Assembly: GCA_945861645.1 (NCBI GenBank)
Contig: CAMAVZ010000042.1
Coordinates: 1-13,631, forward strand
DNA length: 13,631 nt
Origin: Opitutus sp. GAS368
Lineage (GTDB): Bacteria; Verrucomicrobiota; Verrucomicrobiia; Opitutales; Opitutaceae
Reading direction: 5' to 3'
The notes below the pieces were generated by a model. The model worked only from the letters and a program-made list of their open reading frames with translations. It did not search any database and was not told where the DNA came from. A program made the translations under genes and the position numbers. Shown here in pieces: positions 8,759 through 13,631 of this stretch. Numbering within the stretch: the first letter of the stretch is position 1; each line of letters starts with the position of its first letter.

Positions 8759-9757
8759 ATGCGGCGGATTGTTTTCATGGGCTCGGATGGCATTGCGCTG
8801 CCTGCCTTGAATTGGCTGGTCAGCGCGGCGAAGGATTGGGCGGAGGTGGTGGCCGTTTTCACCCAGCCCGATCGCGCCGTGGGCCGCGGGCAAAAAATTT
8901 CAGCTAATGCCATTAAAACGTGGGCCCTAGCCCAGGGCTTACCAGTGCGGCAACCGGTTAAATTGGGTAGCATCGAGCGTGAACAATTAGCCGCATTTCA
9001 GCCGGATATTACGCTGGTCATGGCGTACGGACACATTTTACGGCCGGAATTTATCAACACGCCGACCGGGGGAACGCTTAATCTCCATACCTCGATTTTA
9101 CCCGCGTACCGAGGGGCTTCACCCATTCAAACCGCGCTGGCTTCGGGGGAGACGGCGACGGGGATCACCCTTATGCGCATTGTGCCGGAACTGGATGCTG
9201 GGCCGATTGCGGGGCAGGAATTGGTGGTGATCGATCCGCTCGATACCGCGCTCGCGGTGGAGGCAAAGTTGGCGCAAGCCAGCGTGGCATTGTTGCAGCG
9301 CTTATTGCCGGCCATCTTGGCGGGCACCCAGATTTTTACAGAGCAAAATTCGGCGGCTGCAACTTTTTGTCGGCGACTGGAAAAATCTGACGGCGCGCTA
9401 GATTTTAAGGCCCCCGCGCGGGTATTGGCGGCGCGGATTAACGGTCTGGCGGCCTGGCCCAGTTGCACGGTTTTGCTGAACGGTCAGTCGATTAAATTAG
9501 GCTTGGCCGACGTCAGCAATTTAACCCAGTACCAGCCGGTGGGGGCCGGGGTGGTGTATGGCAGTGACGCCGATGGGCTCCTCGTGGATACGGGCCAAGG
9601 CTTGCTCTGTTTGCGTCAGCTGCAGCGTCCCGGCGGTAAGATGCTGGCAGCGGCGGAATTTCTGCGGGGGTTCCCTGTGCCGCCGGCGACGGCGTTGCCC
9701 GGTCAACCGATGGCGCCGCTTGTCGCCGCGCGGCCCTTTACGCGGTCGAAAGGCTAA
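8759..9757 (+). CDS. fmt: Methionyl-tRNA formyltransferase
   Basis: RIVFMGS, VFTQPDRAVGRG, VMAYGHIL, NLHTSILPAYRGASPIQ, ELDAGPI and LQRPGGKML..EFLRG. Confidence 0.97.
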   Translation: MRRIVFMGSDGIALPALNWLVSAAKDWAEVVAVFTQPDRAVGRGQKISANAIKTWALAQGLPVRQPVKLGSIEREQLAAFQPDITLVMAYGHILRPEFINTPTGGTLNLHTSILPAYRGASPIQTALASGETATGITLMRIVPELDAGPIAGQELVVIDPLDTALAVEAKLAQASVALLQRLLPAILAGTQIFTEQNSAAATFCRRLEKSDGALDFKAPARVLAARINGLAAWPSCTVLLNGQSIKLGLADVSNLTQYQPVGAGVVYGSDADGLLVDTGQGLLCLRQLQRPGGKMLAAAEFLRGFPVPPATALPGQPMAPLVAARPFTRSKG

Positions 9758-9794
9758 GGCTTGTTTTTTTCAAAGTTTTCCCGAACATAGCCTC

Positions 9795-10373
9795 ATGGGT
9801 AGTAATTTATTACGAGCGGGCAGTTGGCTGGTCGTGCTGACCACGGCGGCGTGGGGCCAAAATTACTCGGACAATGTTCGCGTGGAATTAGCCAATCTTC
9901 GTCAGGATATGCTGTTGCTCACGCAGCGGGTGGGGGAGTTGTCTATGACAGTCGAGCAACTCACGCGGGATCATAGTTCGCTGCAGAATAAAGCGAACCA
10001 AAGCGATGCGACGATCGAGCAGCTCAATAAGGCGGTAGCGGATATTAATCGCTCGCTGCAAGCCGGCCTCGCTGAGCAGAAACGAGACACGCTCAAGCAC
10101 GTAAGCGCGCAAATGGAGCGCCTCGCTCGGCAGACCCAAGCGGCGATCGATGCTTTGGCGAAAAATCAGGCGACGCGTCCCGCTCTGCCAACGTCCTTTT
10201 CCGAAGAATTCCCTAAGGAGGGCATTAACTATACGGTCCAAGCGGGTGACACTCTTTCTGGTATTGCAAAGAAAAATGGGGCGAAGCTCAGCGATGTGCG
10301 CAACGCCAATAAGATTGTGGACGATACGCGAATTCGCGTTGGGCAAACGCTTTTTATTCCTCAGGGAAAATAA
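9795..10373 (+). CDS. Secreted coiled-coil protein with C-terminal LysM domain
   Basis: Signal-peptide-like N-terminus (MGSNLLRAGSWLVVLTTAAWG), heptad-rich helical middle region and C-terminal YTVQAGDTLSGIAKKNG...NANKI...IRVGQTLFIP (LysM). ATG at 9795; the upstream ORF extension overlaps fmt. Confidence 0.9.
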   Translation: MGSNLLRAGSWLVVLTTAAWGQNYSDNVRVELANLRQDMLLLTQRVGELSMTVEQLTRDHSSLQNKANQSDATIEQLNKAVADINRSLQAGLAEQKRDTLKHVSAQMERLARQTQAAIDALAKNQATRPALPTSFSEEFPKEGINYTVQAGDTLSGIAKKNGAKLSDVRNANKIVDDTRIRVGQTLFIPQGK

Positions 10374-10375
10374 TT

Positions 10376-11290
10376 ATGGCTATTCCAAAATCACGACTCG
10401 GCCGCGGTTTGGGTTCACTTATCACGAGTGGGACCACTGCACCTAAATCATCGCCGACTCCGGTCAGCGTTCTCCCGGCCGCGCCCGCAGCGGTAGCTGA
10501 TGGTCTCCCCGGCTATCGTGAACTGGCCGTTCATCTGGTGGAGCCTAATCCCTATCAGCCCCGCAAAGAATTTTTACCGGAAGCACTCGCTGAATTAGTC
10601 GAGAGTATCCGAGCAGAGGGTTTGTTGCAACCGATCGTGGTGCGGGCCGTCGGGAATAAATTTCAGCTCATCGCCGGAGAGCGCCGGTGGCGGGCCTTCC
10701 AGCAGCTAAAAATTAAAACTATTCCGGCGCGGGTGATGACTTCCAGCGATGCCTCTTCGGCCTCATTGGCGCTGATCGAAAATTTACAGCGCGCGGATTT
10801 GAATGCGCTGGAGGAAGCTCACGGTTATGCCAGTTTGATTCGAGATTTTGATTTAACCCAAGATGCTGCGGCGCAGCGCGTGGGGAAGGGCCGGGCTTCA
10901 GTGGCTAATTCACTGCGGCTACTGGCGTTGGAAACTGAACTTCAAGGGTATATCCGCAAAGGCTTACTCAGTGTCGGCCACGCGAAAGTGTTGCTGGGCG
11001 TTGAAAATTCTCGCGAAAGGGTGGCGCTTGGCCGCCGCACCTTAGAGCAAGGTTTGAGCGTTCGGGCGCTCGAGGAATTAGTCCAATCTCACGGTGGTGG
11101 GTCGGGAAAAAAACGGAAGATGCCGGCCGCGACGGCTACGGCGTTGTCTGATATCGAGAAGAAAATCACTTCCCATTTGGGCGCGCGGACGACGCTCAAG
11201 CATTCGCCGAAGCGCGGGCGCATCATGATTGAATACCAGGGGAACGATGATCTGTCCCGCGTGCTCGAAAAAATGGGCGTGCGCTTGTGA
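10376..11290 (+). CDS. parB: ParB/Spo0J chromosome partitioning protein
   Basis: N-terminal RLGRGLGSLI (ParA-interacting peptide), NPYQPRKEF, GLLQPIVVR, LIAGERRWRA (CTP-binding), LIENLQRADLN, HTH TQDAAAQRVGKGRASVANSLRLL and a C-terminal dimerisation domain. Confidence 0.97.
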   Translation: MAIPKSRLGRGLGSLITSGTTAPKSSPTPVSVLPAAPAAVADGLPGYRELAVHLVEPNPYQPRKEFLPEALAELVESIRAEGLLQPIVVRAVGNKFQLIAGERRWRAFQQLKIKTIPARVMTSSDASSASLALIENLQRADLNALEEAHGYASLIRDFDLTQDAAAQRVGKGRASVANSLRLLALETELQGYIRKGLLSVGHAKVLLGVENSRERVALGRRTLEQGLSVRALEELVQSHGGGSGKKRKMPAATATALSDIEKKITSHLGARTTLKHSPKRGRIMIEYQGNDDLSRVLEKMGVRL

Positions 11291-11305
11291 GCGCCGTGCC
11301 TGCGC

Positions 11306-11857
11306 TTATTTTTTAGGGCCTAAGCTCGGAATAAGGCCGGTCTTAACTAACCGACCGTACAAATCCCGCATCGCTGATTCCGCCGCATCTTCTAAAGCAT
11401 GGGCGGTATCATAGGAACGATTGAGGCCCCAGTATCCGCTGGCGTGAGGCAAAAAAATTGCGCTACTGCTTATTAAGCCGAGGTCTTTTTCGCCGGCTGG
11501 ACTTTGGATGCTGGCAGTCAAAGTACAATCGGCTTGGCCGCTGCGTCCGATCCGCCATTCGATGAGGCGAATGGTAATTTGGGGTACGCCGTTGGCGGCC
11601 GTGGTGCCAGCTTTGAGCTGCACCATACGCCCCGAATAACCCCGTTTATGGAACAGGCTGATCAAGCGTCCTGCGAGGGCTTCGGCGATATCTTCGTCAA
11701 GCAGAGGGCGCCACGTGGGCGGCACATCGATCGTCACCTGGAGATCAGCGGTCTGAATGGTTGGAGTACTCGTAGTCGCAGGCAGCGTAGCCCCGCTGAG
11801 CACGGTGGTGGCCAAAGCTAAGGCGAGACCGAATCTAAAGTGCGTCGCGGGTTGCAT
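11306..11857 (-). CDS. Hypothetical exported protein
   Basis: 183-aa ATG ORF filling the gap between parB and the secG promoter. Signal-peptide-like N-terminus, Thr-rich linker and an alternating beta/alpha globular domain. Confidence 0.75.
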   Translation of the reverse strand: MQPATHFRFGLALALATTVLSGATLPATTSTPTIQTADLQVTIDVPPTWRPLLDEDIAEALAGRLISLFHKRGYSGRMVQLKAGTTAANGVPQITIRLIEWRIGRSGQADCTLTASIQSPAGEKDLGLISSSAIFLPHASGYWGLNRSYDTAHALEDAAESAMRDLYGRLVKTGLIPSLGPKK

Positions 11858-11981
11858 GGTGGTGGCTCGATCTAGTAACGCTCAGACTACCGTGGTTAAT
11901 TTGGGGCGATTGGCAAATTTCTACAATCATCTGAAGCTGGCGGGAGCCCCTGGCGTCCCCCAGCTTCGGCTAGAACTTTGG

Positions 11982-12010
11982 TTGACAAAGCCCCTCGGAC
12001 GACGTTTTTT
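11982..12010 (+). promoter_or_regulatory. Putative sigma70 promoter for secG
   Basis: Perfect TTGACA at 11982-11987, 38 nt before the ATG. The hexamer at 17-nt spacing is TTTTTT (non-canonical). Confidence 0.55.
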
Positions 12011-12019
12011 TGCGCCTTT

Positions 12020-12382
12020 ATGAGTCTGCTAATCGGTATTTTAACTTTCGTTCTGATCATCACTTCACTGTTCTTGGTGCTCGTTGTTCTCATGCAGCGC
12101 GCCAAAACTGACGGCGGGATGGGCTCGGCCATGGGCGGCGGCAGCATGGAATCAACCTTCGGTGCTGAAACCGGTAACGTGCTCAGTGGGGCCACGATTA
12201 AAGCAGCGATCATTTTTTTCGTAATAAGCTTCGCCCTTTATTTGGCCCATATTTATCAAGCGAAGCATGTGGTGGCAGTTGATAGTAAGCTCCCCCAGGT
12301 TATTAGTGCTCCGGCTGCGGCCAGCGCACCTGTGCCCGCGAAACCTGTAACTCCGGTGCCGGGTGCCTCCCCCAAGCCTTAA
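12020..12382 (+). CDS. secG: Preprotein translocase subunit SecG
   Basis: TM1 ending VLMQ, Gly-rich loop DGGMGSAMGGG...FGA..GNVL, TM2 (AAIIFFVISFALYL) and a Pro/Ala-rich tail. ATG at 12020. Confidence 0.93.
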   Translation: MSLLIGILTFVLIITSLFLVLVVLMQRAKTDGGMGSAMGGGSMESTFGAETGNVLSGATIKAAIIFFVISFALYLAHIYQAKHVVAVDSKLPQVISAPAAASAPVPAKPVTPVPGASPKP

Positions 12383-13250
12383 TTTTTATTTAAGCCCGGT
12401 TTTATACCGGGCTTTCTTTTTGGTGCTGCTCGGCAGCAGTCGGCTGGGGCTCGCTGCGCCGCTCGAGGCTTTTCGGCCCCCCGCGCAATTTATTTCGGGT
12501 AGCCGACCGGATCAAAACGAGGGCGCGCGTATCCTCCAGACGTTTCATCTAGCCGGCATCAGTGGCTATTATTGGTTAGCATTTGAGTTGCGCGTCATGC
12601 CGAAGCAAGGAGCCGACCGGACTATCATCGGCGAATTGCATGGCGGCCGCAATGCCCTCGGCCCCATCTCACGTTTGACGCTGCCGGCCGCCGCGGGTGA
12701 ACAACGCTGGTTGTTACAAAGCGGACCGCAGCCAACCACGTGGCAGTGGTTGGGGGGCGCGGGTGAGCCGACCGCACTCACCTCCAACGAATCCTTGCAA
12801 GCCATCGCCGGCTCTGACCTGACCCCCTTTGATTTGCAGATGCCTTTTCTTTATTGGACCGATTTTATTTATGAGGGGGTGGCGAAGGTTCGCGGACGTC
12901 CGGCTCATAGCTTTCTGCTGTATCCGCCGATTGATCAGAGTACCCCGCCGATGGATTTAACGGGGGTTCGCGTGCTCCTCGATACGGAATTTCAGGCCTT
13001 CATGCAGGCGGAATTACTCGGAACCAAGGGTACGATCACCAAGACGATTACCATTCTTAATTTAAAAAAAATTGGCGAGCAATGGCTGCCTAAATCAATC
13101 GATCTCCGCAATCATCTGACCCGAGCCAAAACCCGCCTGACGATTACCGCGGCGGCATTGGCGGTAACGTTGCCCGTCAGTATCTTCGCGCCGACCGACT
13201 TGGCGAAGCCCGCGCCGGTCGTGCCCGCCGAGCAGCGTCAGCCACTCTGA
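12363..13250 (+). CDS. Outer-membrane lipoprotein-sorting (LolA-like) family protein; start uncertain
   Basis: Beta-rich sequence with IAGSDLTPFDL and KKIGEQWLPKSIDLRN...TRL, resembling the GSDFxxxDL and WxPxxxxxxN patterns I recall for LolA-like proteins. Hydrophobic N-terminal segment. Candidate starts: GTG 12363, TTG 12420, GTG 12423. Confidence 0.65.
   Translation: MPPPSLNFYLSPVLYRAFFLVLLGSSRLGLAAPLEAFRPPAQFISGSRPDQNEGARILQTFHLAGISGYYWLAFELRVMPKQGADRTIIGELHGGRNALGPISRLTLPAAAGEQRWLLQSGPQPTTWQWLGGAGEPTALTSNESLQAIAGSDLTPFDLQMPFLYWTDFIYEGVAKVRGRPAHSFLLYPPIDQSTPPMDLTGVRVLLDTEFQAFMQAELLGTKGTITKTITILNLKKIGEQWLPKSIDLRNHLTRAKTRLTITAAALAVTLPVSIFAPTDLAKPAPVVPAEQRQPL
12392..12421 (+). terminator. 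Intrinsic terminator downstream of secG
   Basis: AAGCCCGGT-TTTAT-ACCGGGCTT forms a perfect 9-bp stem followed by TCTTTTT, starting 10 nt after the secG stop. Confidence 0.75.
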
Positions 13251-13254
13251 GGTT

Positions 13255-13617
13255 ATGCCTATGAAAACTAATCGCCCTTTCCCGTTGGTTTTAGAGGTAG
13301 ATTTTCTGGATCGTCTGCATGAGCCGGTGCGTGAGGGCAAGGCGGCTTCGGTGAGCGCAATTATTCGCACGGCGCTGGCGCATTATGATTTTGAGAAAGT
13401 GATCGTGCTGCACGCCCCCCAGTTGCAAATTTCGGTGCGCCTGCCGTTAGAAATTCGGAAAAGTTTAAAGAAGCTCGCACGGACTAAGCACACGAGTATC
13501 AGCCATCTGGTGCGGGCCGCGGTAGAGGCTTATCTCCCGAACTTAGAAGCTCCCTTGCTCGCTAAGCGTCAAACCGCGCGGCGTAAACCAGCGCGTAAAC
13601 CCCAGCGCAAAGGTTGA
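13255..13617 (+). CDS. CopG/ribbon-helix-helix family DNA-binding protein, apparently two tandem RHH units plus basic tail
   Basis: Second unit LQISVRLPLEIRKSLKKLARTKHTSISHLVRAAVEAYL is a typical RHH. First unit PFPLVLEVDFLDRLHEPVREGKAASVSAIIRTALAHY has the same strand-helix-helix pattern. Alternative ATG at 13261. Confidence 0.82.
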   Translation: MPMKTNRPFPLVLEVDFLDRLHEPVREGKAASVSAIIRTALAHYDFEKVIVLHAPQLQISVRLPLEIRKSLKKLARTKHTSISHLVRAAVEAYLPNLEAPLLAKRQTARRKPARKPQRKG

Positions 13618-13631
13618 CGCCAGCCCCGTCG

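Noticed and set aside
9558..9794. Cys/Arg-rich N-terminal extension of the LysM ORF
   Set aside because: It is an alternative frame of the fmt 3' end; the signal peptide begins at ATG 9795.
10376..12800. parS sites near parB (CACGTG cores near 11712 and 12737)
   Set aside because: The flanks do not match the TGTTTCACGTGAAACA consensus. I found no convincing parS by eye.
1..13631. CRISPR array, IS element, prophage or defence system
   Set aside because: No repeat-spacer periodicity, transposase, terminal repeats or such genes; almost all bases are explained by housekeeping genes.

Overview
A gene-dense, GC-rich bacterial chromosome segment made up almost entirely of housekeeping genes. Gene content and protein style suggest Verrucomicrobiota, possibly Opitutaceae-like; this is an inference, not a database result. 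Gene order: 3' end of a P1B-4-type heavy-metal ATPase (+), YkuD/L,D-transpeptidase-family gene (-), asd, tRNA-Val(TAC), hemC, hemD, DegT/DnrJ aminotransferase, trpF (all +), ffh (-), der, fmt, a secreted coiled-coil LysM protein and parB (+), a secreted hypothetical protein (-), then secG, a LolA-like protein and a tandem ribbon-helix-helix protein (+). I found no mobile element, CRISPR array, defence system or parS site, and nothing here proves a new biological system. The most interesting signals are: (i) a TTG -35-like box exactly 38 nt upstream of the ATG in four independent genes that lack a clear Shine-Dalgarno, suggesting near-leaderless transcripts; (ii) a single-chain double-RHH protein with a basic tail; (iii) a coiled-coil LysM gene tightly coupled to a parB that has no adjacent parA; (iv) unexplained long hairpins upstream of hemC and secG; (v) an intrinsic terminator overlapping the probable N-terminus of the LolA-like gene.
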